A DNA stretch of 64,000 bases from Perkinsela sp. CCAP 1560/9 (lineage: Eukaryota > Protista > Euglenozoa: Kinetoplastea), in NCBI GenBank assembly GCA_965644495.1, contig CBFFSA010000003.1, positions 496,001 to 560,000 on the forward strand, written 5' to 3'. Positions within the stretch are counted from its first letter, which is position 1; each line of letters starts with the position of its first letter. The translations under genes were made by a program, and so were the position numbers. Below, piece after piece: positions 11,100 through 21,514 of the stretch. Below the pieces are notes generated by a model. That model did not search any database, was not told the origin of the DNA, and saw nothing but the letters and a program-made list of their open reading frames with translations.

Positions 11100-11623
11100 T
11101 CGTCTACTTATATTTTACCTTATTCACCCCAGGACAATTTTACAAGGTGCGCAAAGTCTATTCACTGAGATCTGCAAAATGCCACAAGAATTAGCTCAAA
11201 CGGACTTACCATACAAATTTTAGAGGGGGGTGCTTTATTGTGTCGAGGGGTTTATGCATTTGAATGTGCCGCTTAGTATGCATTATAAACGTGCAGTTAA
11301 TATGCATTATAAATGTGCTAACGCCGGTGCGCTTAAACGAGGGGGCATATTTAATTTCAGTGCTTTTAGCTGACCATAAATGAAGGGTTCCTTCACTGAC
11401 TTTCCGCAAATCATGTACTCTGAGATCGGCCCTAGTTTAAAGTGTTTTTCATTTATTTAAAGTGTATTTTTAAGAGTGCGTATGTATGGCGCACTAACGG
11501 TTAAAATGTCCGTGAACTTCCGTTCACTCAAATAAAGCTTTTGAGAATCAAATAATTTCTATTGCTTGTTCGCAATACCCTAACTCTAAAAACAACCTTT
11601 TTTGTATAGTTATTTTTTCTCGC

Positions 11624-12838
11624 ATGCAGTTCAGTGGATACAGAGTATTTCCGGGTTTCTTGGGACATTCTGTCAGGAGTATTACTTCTCAGATCTCTGG
11701 GTGTCACACATGTAGCATAATTAAGAAATGGAATGAAGTCTTCCAACCTTTAATCCGGAATCGGAGTTCAGAATTCAACCGATTTCCTACTAAGCAGCAC
11801 TATCTTTTGTTTCGCGATGTTGAAGACGAAATGATGCGTGGATGGGGACCAGTGCGCGTCACTCGTTCGAGGCGTAGATTTCAACGCCTTTCACGAAGCA
11901 GACAACAGGAAGAGTCGAAGCAGGCTGCACAATCCTTATTTGAAATGGCGCAGCAAATTACAAAAAATTTGCGCGAACAAACGGACCCGATGGAGGCCAC
12001 GAAGCGAGTTTACCATGATGCCTGTCTTCGGCAGGTGCTTGCGGAAAAAACGGCAAATTTTTGGATGGCGAATCCACACGAAGTTCTTCCTCTTTATCGA
12101 GGCCTATGTGCAGGACTGGTAGAGGCTTTAGATGACCGTTCCGCCATAGAGCGACCCGAAGCGCGCTTTACTTCATCTCGATTTAATCTTAAGAAGCACT
12201 GGAGACTTGCCGCGGACCAAGTACTACTAAGAGGGCCTTTGTGTCAGGCGAAGCGATTTGGTTGCATGCTTCCGGATTTCCCCGCTTTTGTTCCTTGGCA
12301 AAAGCTTTTAACAACTAGTAGTGGTGATGTAGAAAATTCACAACTTTTAATGACGGAGTCGTCACCTTTTCTTGTGGTCACCGTATTTCTTAGCGAATTG
12401 AAGGCCTTGCAAGGAGGAATTCATATTGTTCCTGCATCTCATATAAAATTAATCAGTTTAGGCAAAGAAGGAGATATTGGTAGCGTTGATGAACTTGGCC
12501 CTCATCCTTTTGTGCCAATGGGAAGTCATTTTAGGCGTCCGTATGAGGATTGGTCACCGACAACGGACAGTGTAGAAACAATTTCGAGTCTTCCCGAAGG
12601 CAGTATTATTGTGACGCATCCTGCTACCCTATTTTCCCACGGAGTAAATATGAGCAGTGACGACGTCAAGATGGTTCAGCTTCTGCTGATGGAAGATGGT
12701 CTCGCTGGCCCAGAATATCCGCACACTCAGCACAGTTGGTATAGTAAATGGAAGGGGCGTCATGTAGAACGTATAACACTAAACGCAGAGCACTTATTTC
12801 CTACTATTAACTTTTTGAAAAAAAACACTGAACTGTGA
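11624..12838 (+). CDS. Phytanoyl-CoA dioxygenase (PhyH)-fold protein, probably mitochondrial and catalytically inactive
   Basis: DQVLLRGP, VTVFLS...GGIHIVPASH, LPEGSIIVTHPATLFSHGVN follow the PhyH fold, but the Fe-binding HxD and distal H are not evident; presequence-like N-terminus. Confidence 0.6.
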   Translation: MQFSGYRVFPGFLGHSVRSITSQISGCHTCSIIKKWNEVFQPLIRNRSSEFNRFPTKQHYLLFRDVEDEMMRGWGPVRVTRSRRRFQRLSRSRQQEESKQAAQSLFEMAQQITKNLREQTDPMEATKRVYHDACLRQVLAEKTANFWMANPHEVLPLYRGLCAGLVEALDDRSAIERPEARFTSSRFNLKKHWRLAADQVLLRGPLCQAKRFGCMLPDFPAFVPWQKLLTTSSGDVENSQLLMTESSPFLVVTVFLSELKALQGGIHIVPASHIKLISLGKEGDIGSVDELGPHPFVPMGSHFRRPYEDWSPTTDSVETISSLPEGSIIVTHPATLFSHGVNMSSDDVKMVQLLLMEDGLAGPEYPHTQHSWYSKWKGRHVERITLNAEHLFPTINFLKKNTEL

Positions 12839-13030
12839 GACACTGAACTGTAAGAAATACTCTGCATAAATAAATCCTTTCGGGATTGAGTGGTAAAGTT
12901 CGAAATATTGTTCCACATTAAACAATTTTAGCGTTGATAGGGGAAAAAAGGAAAGGCAGAGTTTCTTACTTATCTACAAACGTACTCTTGTTTGTTAGGA
13001 ATTTTTTTTGGTATATTCTCCGTTGAAAGT

Positions 13031-15664
13031 ATGATTCCGCGCGTCAAGCTCAGCAGTGTAGCTGTTGTGCTCCTCTTCCTTTCGATAGGCGTGCACACTA
13101 ATGTGGTAAAAGAGAGAATATTTGCTCCCGGTGTCCACGGAGATGATGCGCCGAGTGCCGACAAAGGTGGTGCTTATGCGTTTCAAACAGAGGTCGGAAA
13201 GATGCTCGATATCTTGATTAACTCTTTGTACACGAATCGATCAATTTTTTTGCGTGAAATCATTTCGAACGCATCCGACGCCTTGGATAAAATTCACTTT
13301 TTATATCTGACGGCTACCCAGACCCCGAAAAATGATCAAGGGAGGGAGCCAAAGATGGATATTCGCATCATTCCAAACAAGACCACAGGCATCCTAACTG
13401 TTCGAGATGGTGGAGTCGGCATGACGAAGGATGATCTTGCGAATAATTTGGGAACACTTGGCGCCTCTGGAACTAAGAATTTTCTTGAGAAATTGACTGA
13501 CGGATCAACCACGGACGCGAACTTAATTGGCCAGTTTGGTGTTGGTTTTTATTCAGTCTTTCTCGTCTCTGAACGAGTTCGCGTTGCATCGAAGCACGAC
13601 AACAGTGACACCCAGTGGGTATGGGAGAGCAGTGGTGGAGCTTCAGGGAATCAGCAGTTTTTTATTTATCCAGATCCCCGCGGGAACACTTTGGGCCGAG
13701 GCACAGAGCTCACACTTGAGATTAAGAAGGATGCCCAGGAAGAATTCCTGGACGAAGATAATATTCGGGATATGATTCATCGATACAGTGAATTTATTCA
13801 TTTCCCAATCTATCTTCGCAGCAACAGTACCGATCAAGGCATTGTACGAAAACGGAAGAAGGAGTTGGAAAAACGTCGAAAGAAGCAACAAAAGGGTTTA
13901 AAGATCAATATAGATGATGACGATGAAGAGGACGAAGATGAAGAGGACGAAGATGAAGCGGTTAACGCAACAGGTGCCGAAGCGACTGATGCAGCTGCAG
14001 GAAACATCACTAAGACCAAGAAAAAGAAGAAGCACGTGGTAAGCGAGCTCGCCGACGAAGAAGGTGACGAGAATCCTACCGGAGAACTTGCATGGCAGCG
14101 TATTAATCAGCATGATCCGTTGTGGACGCGTAAGCCAAGTACAATTTCTCTGAAGGATTACGCTAAATTTTACAAGTCGATTGCTCGTGATTTCGAGGAT
14201 CCTATGTATCACACTCATTTTCAAGTAGAGGGAGAAGTAGACTTCAAGTCCGTACTTTACGTGCCGGAGAAAGCACCGAACTTGCAAATGGACAACCAAA
14301 CCGCCACGAATATTCGCCTCTACGTGCGTCGAGTTTTTATCACAGATGAATTCAAGGATCTTTTGCCCCGCTATTTGAGTTTTGTTCGCGGCGTTGTGGA
14401 CAGTGATGACTTACCACTGAATGTTTCCCGTGAACAACTCCAGGAGAACCGTATTTTAAAAGTTATAAAAAAGAAACTAATGCGAAAAACGCTGAATATG
14501 TTCAACGAGATTGCTCAACGAGACAAGGAGCGACTCGAAGAGCAAGAAGAAAAAGATGCAGAAGAGGAAACACGGCGCGCAGCTCTAATTGAAGAGCACG
14601 GAGAAGAAGGGGCTGCGGAATTTCTTGGGAACACAACCAACGCGACTAAAAAGTTCAAGCCTCTCTATCCCAAATTTTGGGAAAACTTCGGACGAAATAT
14701 TCGCCTAGGGATTATCGACGATAGCGCACATCGCACTCGCCTTGGGAAATTACTACGCTACAAAACGAGCAAGTCGAACGGAACTATGATTCCTCTTGAA
14801 GACTATTTGGGGAGAATGCAAAAAGATCAACGATTCATTTTTTGCGCTTTGGGAGAGAGTGAAAAGAAGTTGATGCAGCTTCCAGTCGTACGTGACGCCC
14901 TCAGTCGAGATCTTGAAATTGTGTATATGACGGATGCTATCGATGAATACGTCGTTCAGAACCTCCATGATTACGATGACAAGAAGCTGGTGGATCTTAC
15001 AAAAGAAGGCATTCGGTTCGAGGATCTCTCTCGCGAAGAAAAGAAAATTGAAAAAAAGCGTAAGGAATATTTTGAACCTTTTACCAAGTGGTACAAAGAC
15101 CTACTGGGCGATCGAGTTCTAAAAGTAATGCTATCGACCCGCAGCAACGTTCGTGAACCGGTCCTTGTAACTTCGCCTTCCCATGGTATTTCGGCTAATA
15201 TGGCCCGGATTATGAAGAACCAGCCTCTTAGTGACAAGGGTAACAACGCAACTGACGCAAAGCAACTTGTGGGTTTGAACATCTTTCATCCACTGATGGA
15301 AAAAATCCGACACATGGTGAATGCAACTGAGGAAAGCGAACGCGAGCTCGCCGCTGATGCCGCCATAGCGTTGTATGAAACCGCAGCGTTGCAGAGTGGT
15401 TTTGAAATCGACGACACCGATGGTTACGCGAGACGCGTCTTGCACATGATCACAGAAGGCATGTCTGTGAGGGTCGACGCCCCGTTGCTAAAAGAAGATA
15501 TTTCGAAATATTCTTGGGACGACGAGGAGGACAAGAAAGATGATGATTATGTTTGGCGCGATTCTGAAGGCCGTCGACCTCGCCGACGTAAATTCGGAAA
15601 GAACAAGAAGGGCGAAAGCGCAGAAGAGAAGGAGGAGACAAAACCAACGGATGAAGAACTCTAG
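13031..15664 (+). CDS. GRP94: ER Hsp90 (GRP94/endoplasmin; LPG3 in Leishmania)
   Basis: Signal peptide from ATG 13031; FQTEV, IFLREIISNASDALDK, NLIGQFGVGFYS, GVVDSDDLPLNVSRE; C-terminal DEEL retention-type signal. Confidence 0.95.
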   Translation: MIPRVKLSSVAVVLLFLSIGVHTNVVKERIFAPGVHGDDAPSADKGGAYAFQTEVGKMLDILINSLYTNRSIFLREIISNASDALDKIHFLYLTATQTPKNDQGREPKMDIRIIPNKTTGILTVRDGGVGMTKDDLANNLGTLGASGTKNFLEKLTDGSTTDANLIGQFGVGFYSVFLVSERVRVASKHDNSDTQWVWESSGGASGNQQFFIYPDPRGNTLGRGTELTLEIKKDAQEEFLDEDNIRDMIHRYSEFIHFPIYLRSNSTDQGIVRKRKKELEKRRKKQQKGLKINIDDDDEEDEDEEDEDEAVNATGAEATDAAAGNITKTKKKKKHVVSELADEEGDENPTGELAWQRINQHDPLWTRKPSTISLKDYAKFYKSIARDFEDPMYHTHFQVEGEVDFKSVLYVPEKAPNLQMDNQTATNIRLYVRRVFITDEFKDLLPRYLSFVRGVVDSDDLPLNVSREQLQENRILKVIKKKLMRKTLNMFNEIAQRDKERLEEQEEKDAEEETRRAALIEEHGEEGAAEFLGNTTNATKKFKPLYPKFWENFGRNIRLGIIDDSAHRTRLGKLLRYKTSKSNGTMIPLEDYLGRMQKDQRFIFCALGESEKKLMQLPVVRDALSRDLEIVYMTDAIDEYVVQNLHDYDDKKLVDLTKEGIRFEDLSREEKKIEKKRKEYFEPFTKWYKDLLGDRVLKVMLSTRSNVREPVLVTSPSHGISANMARIMKNQPLSDKGNNATDAKQLVGLNIFHPLMEKIRHMVNATEESERELAADAAIALYETAALQSGFEIDDTDGYARRVLHMITEGMSVRVDAPLLKEDISKYSWDDEEDKKDDDYVWRDSEGRRPRRRKFGKNKKGESAEEKEETKPTDEEL

Positions 15665-16150
15665 GTATCACGGAACAACTTCCCAGTATTGTGGGTAGAC
15701 GCTTATTTTCCGCAGGAATAAAACATCAGTTTGATTAAGTGATCAGATAATATTTTTTGATGCATTATTTGTAATTTTGGGTTAAACTAATTTATTTGTG
15801 ATCAAAATATTACATTCCTCAGAAGCTTTGAGATACAGGATTGAAGTTTTTATAGTTTGCACGCAAACCAATTTGCTTTCTTCTGACTATGAACTTTTAT
15901 TATTGCAAGACAATCATTTTTTTTGAATTGCGTAGACTACTACGATAAAAACGAAATATGCAATTTTTTATTTGCTGTTTGTAGAGGGTAAGATACCATA
16001 CAACGATACGTTGCGTCTAAAGTTTTAAACTCTATGATGAGCTTATTGGGCCACAATCTTTGGTTGCGTACATTGTTTTCTTAACTTTTTTTAGATTTCA
16101 TTTGTTACATAGGAGTTTTAAGAGAAAGTCACTAGAACAACAATGCGCCA

Positions 16151-17434
16151 ATGACCGATACTTTGAATGTGTCCCTGTACCGATCTTTGCTTAAGCTGGC
16201 TAGATGGTTTGATCGCTACCCACTAGCGAAGGCCTTCTTAACTCCACCACCACGAAAATACTATGATTGTCATAGCGGGTCGTGGATATCATATAAGACT
16301 CCGGACGCGAGAAGTTTTCTCGGTGCTGCGGGAACTCTTTGGAAGGGAGATGGTTCTTACTATCTTCCTGCTAGTGATTCGTCTTCAAAGGTATCTGATG
16401 CAGCAACTCGATTTTGTAGCCTACAGTGTATGATACGACAAGGCTACAGGGTTGCGAGACGTACAAAAGAAGTTCAGGATAATCATCCCCTTCTATTTGA
16501 ATTGCTTAAGCGTTTGGCGAAAGTAAAGGTATTTCATGATAAGTACAGTGCAAAAACCACAACTCTGCAGGGATCGAAGAGTACAGTGCAACCTAGAAGA
16601 TTGACTCTATCAAAATTGGAGAAGAATATAAATGTTTGTCACGGCGCGTTGCTTGTAGGTCACCCAGCCAACTTAGACTGGACATCTCAAAGCATTATTT
16701 TGCTTTACGTCTCGGAGGCATCGAGAAGCGGGGGGGTTGACAACAACAATGAAATTTGTGGCCTGTTATTAAGCTGTCCGGTAGAAAAGGAAAGCGCTCG
16801 AAAATGGTTGTGGCAGAAACATTATAAATTGAGACGCTTATCAAGTTTAAAGAATCTTGGTGACATTCCATTATACGACGGAGGACCTATACAGAAAGAT
16901 CCAGTTCTGTTACAACGTAGTACAACAAAAAGAAAATTACTGCTTAATGCCGGAAGGTTACCTTCCGACAGTTATCAAAAGCTACTCCACACGAAAGCAC
17001 AACGTCCGACGCCTACGATTTTGTTACCAGGAAACATATCTTTCACCGATATCAGGCATGTGCAAGGTGCGACGTCCCAATCGCATAATGTTATCTCACG
17101 TGGAAGTCGAATAATAATAAATCAGTGTTCTTGGACAGCGTCGCAGTTGATAGAAGAGATTAAGAACAACTGGTGGATACCTCTGCACAGTGGGTCGTAC
17201 GTCGAAGATCTTTTGTTTCGGGATAAAACATTACTCTCCACGCCTAATTGCGCTTGGCACAAAGTAATGCGAGACCTAGGAGGTGATTTTGCCGATTTTT
17301 CAAGAATGAACGTATTGGATGCTCATAAAGTTACGTCTGTGGCGAATGATCACCAGTCTTCCTGGGTTGATCTGTCTCGCATGGAATATATGACAGATGA
17401 TGCATGGTTCGTATTCGAGAATGACTGCCCATAA
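16151..17434 (+). CDS. Protein with C-terminal DUF179 (AlgH/YqgE-like) domain
   Basis: GALLVGHP...SIILL...GLLL...PLYDGGPI...CSWTASQLIEEIKNNWW...WHKVMRDLGG matches the DUF179 layout. Confidence 0.7.
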   Translation: MTDTLNVSLYRSLLKLARWFDRYPLAKAFLTPPPRKYYDCHSGSWISYKTPDARSFLGAAGTLWKGDGSYYLPASDSSSKVSDAATRFCSLQCMIRQGYRVARRTKEVQDNHPLLFELLKRLAKVKVFHDKYSAKTTTLQGSKSTVQPRRLTLSKLEKNINVCHGALLVGHPANLDWTSQSIILLYVSEASRSGGVDNNNEICGLLLSCPVEKESARKWLWQKHYKLRRLSSLKNLGDIPLYDGGPIQKDPVLLQRSTTKRKLLLNAGRLPSDSYQKLLHTKAQRPTPTILLPGNISFTDIRHVQGATSQSHNVISRGSRIIINQCSWTASQLIEEIKNNWWIPLHSGSYVEDLLFRDKTLLSTPNCAWHKVMRDLGGDFADFSRMNVLDAHKVTSVANDHQSSWVDLSRMEYMTDDAWFVFENDCP

Positions 17435-17459
17435 ACGTTTATCCTAGATCACGAGCCGT

Positions 17460-18612
17460 AGTGGTGAGGGGGGTTAGGTGTTACTGACAATGGTCAGTAA
17501 CTACAACGGTGTTACTGACAAATAGTCATCGTTTAACTGGGGTAGGGGTTAGGGGATGACATCGGTTTACTCTCCCCCCAGGTGGGGGGGTGGAAAATCA
17601 TCGCCGCGGCATACTCTAACACTTTCCTGCGCTCGATTTTGAAAAGTAAAAAATGCGAAAAAAAAATTCGCGACGTATGCCCCCCCCGGACCCCCACATG
17701 GCCCCCCCCCAATGGACCCCCTATTTTTTTGATTTTTTTTTTCAGTTTTGGACCACCGGAGCCCCCTTCTATATTTTTGTCTATTACCCCCCTAGTTATC
17801 TGTCACCCCCCCACCCCCTCCTAGTTCTCTGTCGCTTTCGGCCCTTCGAATATTGTTTTTCGTCGACCACACCCCCTAGTTATCTGTCGCTTTTTAAAAA
17901 AATTAAAATTTTAAATTTTTTTTTAGGCGAATGGACTTGCGTGGTGTTCTACGGACGAAATAATAATAGAAATAATAATAGCCCCGTCGTTATCCCCTCC
18001 ATCATCCCCTTCACTACCGTCTTCGCTGTCCCCTTTATCTTCCCTTTCTCAGCCACCTATCGGCCCGCTTTCGTCTTGGACTAAATTTTCTGGAATGTGC
18101 AGACTGTGCTTCTTATTATGGGACGAGTCAAATTTCCTTCTCAAGTCTCACATAGCACTCGCATATTTGCGTGCTTGTAGTACTCTCTAGTACTATGCAC
18201 ACCACTACGTTCTAATTCATGTGCGGCGCCATATTATTGTGATTTATGCCAGTTTCAATGGGTACGCGTCAAATTTTCTCAAATTTTCAATGATAATAAA
18301 GAAATTTAAATTTATAAAGAAATTTAAAGATCGTCTATGTGAACATTTGAAACTTGGGCTTCTTTTAACCCGTAGACGCATGTCTTCAGCTTATACTACC
18401 CCATTTTTCTACCCCATTGGGGTAGAAAGGAATCTTCTTAGGCAATAAAGATACCGTGTCTGTATCATTTTGTTCCCTCGCTTTTTTTGGCGACGGACCC
18501 CCCTAGATATCTGTCGCACTTTGACCCCCCTAGTTATCTGTCGCACCCCTACCCCCCTACTTATCTGTCACCTTTTCTCGAAAAGTAGCGACAGATAACT
18601 AGGGGAGTACAG
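17460..18612. mobile_element. Degenerate non-autonomous TIR element; right end clear, left boundary uncertain
   Basis: Motif cccctagttatctgtc(g/a)c in six direct copies (~17789, 17819, 17872, 18498, 18525, 18552) and one inverted copy forming the end gcgacagataactaggggagtacag|TA (18588-18614); homopolymer-rich interior; no intact ORF. Confidence 0.7.
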
Positions 18613-18767
18613 TATATTACTGTGTTTCTCTTTATATTTTCACTGTTATTGTTCACTTTTTTTTGAATAATCGAGGGTAGAGCGGTAGTTATGCACCCCC
18701 CGCAATGTGCGTTATTTTATAGGTTGTGATTAGCTCATACTTGGGATATAAATCATTTATTTTCCTT

Positions 18768-20927
18768 ATGGGCTACGATGAACTCGATAGGGAAGAATTT
18801 GATCCATACAGCTTCTTGGAGAGCTGCGTGGGCGACGCTAGCCGCTTAACTCTCGACAATGTGCATAATGAGATGCTAGAAATTACAAGATGTACACAAC
18901 TGGATATTAAAACGCTTTTGTCTAAAATTTCTAATCTCGTAAAAGAACCCGAACTAGAAGGGTGGCAGAAAGGACTAGATAGAACTGCGACTACATTGCA
19001 GGCTCAAAACATTGAACTTTCTGAATGCTGCAAATCTATACAACACGAAGCCCAGAGTGTTGCGAACGATTTATTGCCTTACGTATCAGCAAAGAAAAAT
19101 CTTGTGCACAGCATCCAACTGCTGCAAGAGTGGATAAAATTAAGAGAAGGAGTTGGAGCTTTGAGATTCGCACTCAATTGCCATAATGGCGAAGAAATTT
19201 GTACTTTTGCGATACTTTGCGAAGAAACAAGTAAATCCCTTGATTACGCGTCTAGTCCAGCTAAACTGAAGTGTCTGCTGGACGAATATCGTGGTTTAAG
19301 ACCGTATATTGACACTTTTGCTTGCAGTACGTTTGGGAAATGTATTGAAGGTCCCTCACTAGAATCACATTCCACATTGCAGGAACTTCGTACAGTTATT
19401 ACTATGGTATCGACATTAGATTCCAGTTGTTTGCCCATCATAATAGCTCAGTTTGTAAATAGTCAGGTGGCCAAGCAGGCCGCTGATCTCAGTCGCACGA
19501 AACAGCTATCATCAATTTTTACTTTGGAACGTCACTACGCGTGGATCAGAAAGTTTTTCGCCGATTATCAGCGCAAGTTCTCCGATCTATTCCCTGCGTC
19601 ATGGAGATTACCCGAAAGAGTGTTGAATGAAGTACTCCAAGAGATACGAGAGGTCGCTTTGAGTGCTTTGACCCCTGAGAATATATCTAGACCTGATATC
19701 CTGAAGAGAGTGTATTCCAAGGCCAAAACGTTCGAACTAGAGGTGGAAAAGTGGCTAATGGAGAATACATTCCCTTCCAGGTTCAAAGAAGAGTACGTTG
19801 CTATTGGAAAGTATAACGAAACACACATCCCTGACTGTCCTAATCTTCCGAATATCTCAGGATTTCTGACAGACATTTTTGAAGGTTATCTTCAAGGGCT
19901 CATTAGCGACGCGAAATATAAATTTGAAGAACATTTTGCAGAAATTAGTGCTTCGAAAGAAATCGCTGAAAAGTCGGATCCGAGTTCAGGGTGCTTATCT
20001 TTTGCTCTGGATACCTTTAATTTAATTAATGTCCAATTGCAGTCACTCGTTAAATTGTCTGATTCACATGTATTGACTTCTTTAGCGTCCATATGGGAGA
20101 ATGCAATCGTACAATGCTCGAACATAATGAGGGACAATCTTCTAGGAAGTACAGAGAGGAGAAGTCTAAGAAATTGGGTCGTTATCATGAATACGAGTAG
20201 TGAATGTCGGAATTTGACCTTTGCACTCTGTAAAAAACTTGAAAAGTTCACGATAGACATTGACCGAACCTTTTCTAACGCGCAAAAATCCCTAAATGAA
20301 GTTTTGGACCGTGGCATAGAGCACGTTTTAGTTTTGTTGGACGCAACACTAGCACACGCATTGCGTATGTTTCGACAACAGAATTGGAACCGAGTAGCGT
20401 TTCCTGAATGTGTCCCGCAAGGCACCTCGTACATTGACCTTCTTATGGTTGAGGTGAACAAGTTACTCGAGCAAATCAGAACGTGTAATTTAACACTTTT
20501 TACCAAGGTGTGTCACGTGTTCGTTGAGCGGATGTTTGTACTTCTACGTGAGTCTCTTTTAAAAGTTAAACGTGTTTCATCTGATGGAGCCATGCAAATT
20601 CGAATTGACCTCCAGTCCCTTTTAAATAAATTGGGCGATTTGTTTCAGAACCATCTAGCTTATCGTAAAGACACTCTGGAAACTAATTCTGAGACGAAAA
20701 CACAGTTGGCGCGGAAGGAATTTGCGGCGCTTGATATTTTACTTAAACTTGCAACTGTTCCATCAACAGAAATTTTGAGTCTTTATGCTTTTGCGAACGA
20801 AAACAGCCAAATTACCCTGCCAGAATTTATCACCCTTTTGAAAATGCGTGGTTTTTGCGAACTAGATAGAGAGGACATCTTGCGTCGATTAATCTCGGAC
20901 AACAGTGGAAATTCAATGCCAGATTGA
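18768..20927 (+). CDS. VPS53: GARP/EARP complex subunit Vps53
   Basis: LERHYAWIRKFFADYQRKFSDLFPASWRL, TFELEV, ISGFLTDIFEGYL, GAMQIRIDLQSL; first ATG at 18768. Confidence 0.85.
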   Translation: MGYDELDREEFDPYSFLESCVGDASRLTLDNVHNEMLEITRCTQLDIKTLLSKISNLVKEPELEGWQKGLDRTATTLQAQNIELSECCKSIQHEAQSVANDLLPYVSAKKNLVHSIQLLQEWIKLREGVGALRFALNCHNGEEICTFAILCEETSKSLDYASSPAKLKCLLDEYRGLRPYIDTFACSTFGKCIEGPSLESHSTLQELRTVITMVSTLDSSCLPIIIAQFVNSQVAKQAADLSRTKQLSSIFTLERHYAWIRKFFADYQRKFSDLFPASWRLPERVLNEVLQEIREVALSALTPENISRPDILKRVYSKAKTFELEVEKWLMENTFPSRFKEEYVAIGKYNETHIPDCPNLPNISGFLTDIFEGYLQGLISDAKYKFEEHFAEISASKEIAEKSDPSSGCLSFALDTFNLINVQLQSLVKLSDSHVLTSLASIWENAIVQCSNIMRDNLLGSTERRSLRNWVVIMNTSSECRNLTFALCKKLEKFTIDIDRTFSNAQKSLNEVLDRGIEHVLVLLDATLAHALRMFRQQNWNRVAFPECVPQGTSYIDLLMVEVNKLLEQIRTCNLTLFTKVCHVFVERMFVLLRESLLKVKRVSSDGAMQIRIDLQSLLNKLGDLFQNHLAYRKDTLETNSETKTQLARKEFAALDILLKLATVPSTEILSLYAFANENSQITLPEFITLLKMRGFCELDREDILRRLISDNSGNSMPD

Positions 20928-21514
20928 CTGCGTGTATACTTCTGTGTACTTCTGTAGGTGGGTTGGTTACTTGGTTATGTAGTTGGTTCTTGAACCTCCT
21001 TCATTCAGGCAGGTAAAAACTGGTTTTTCGACTCGCCGAACAGAAGGGAGGAAGTGTATTGCGGGGTGAACTTTTAGAAACTTTTTTTCCAGGTTCTCCC
21101 ACCCAGAGTCACCCCTCTTAGTATACCTACTAGGTAGTGGGCATGAGCTTGGGTATACTATCCTGGAACATGGTTTAGTTTCATCATCTTTTCCAAGATT
21201 GAGATTGAGTAAAAAGCGCAACTCTGACGAGAGAAAGACAACCAGTGTCGTGCATAAATAAGTGTCATACATCGGTAAGTACTAGGTACTGTTAATCAAA
21301 AAGATGCAAGAATTCTCAGTCAAAAAATGTTTAATAATTGAGGAGATGGAGCAAATTCAACGATAAAAAGCACGTCGCATGTATTGAAGACACGCCGGTA
21401 CGCACCAATATATTAAAATTACGTTGAAAGTGATAATATGGATGTCACGGTTAGATTGCCTACTCTTGAGCAACAGTTTTTTATCAAGTATTACACGTGG
21501 TCCATTTTCATGAA

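Larger units (their letters stand above)
9231..11347 (+). mobile_element. Decayed Tc1/mariner/IS630-superfamily DNA transposon with long imperfect inverted ends
   Basis: Left end TA|ctgtcccccctcg and cccccgtttaagcgcac pair with right end gtgcgcttaaacgagggggca|TA. 9401-9422 is the reverse complement of 11268-11289, and 9883-9914 of about 11225-11255. Encloses a DDE transposase pseudogene. Confidence 0.85.

Noticed and set aside
17582-18084. ORFs of 80 and 143 aa
   Set aside because: Low-complexity translations of homopolymer runs inside the repeat element
20967-21272. Minus-strand 101-aa ORF, possible recombinase relic
   Set aside because: Antisense to the array, no convincing motif
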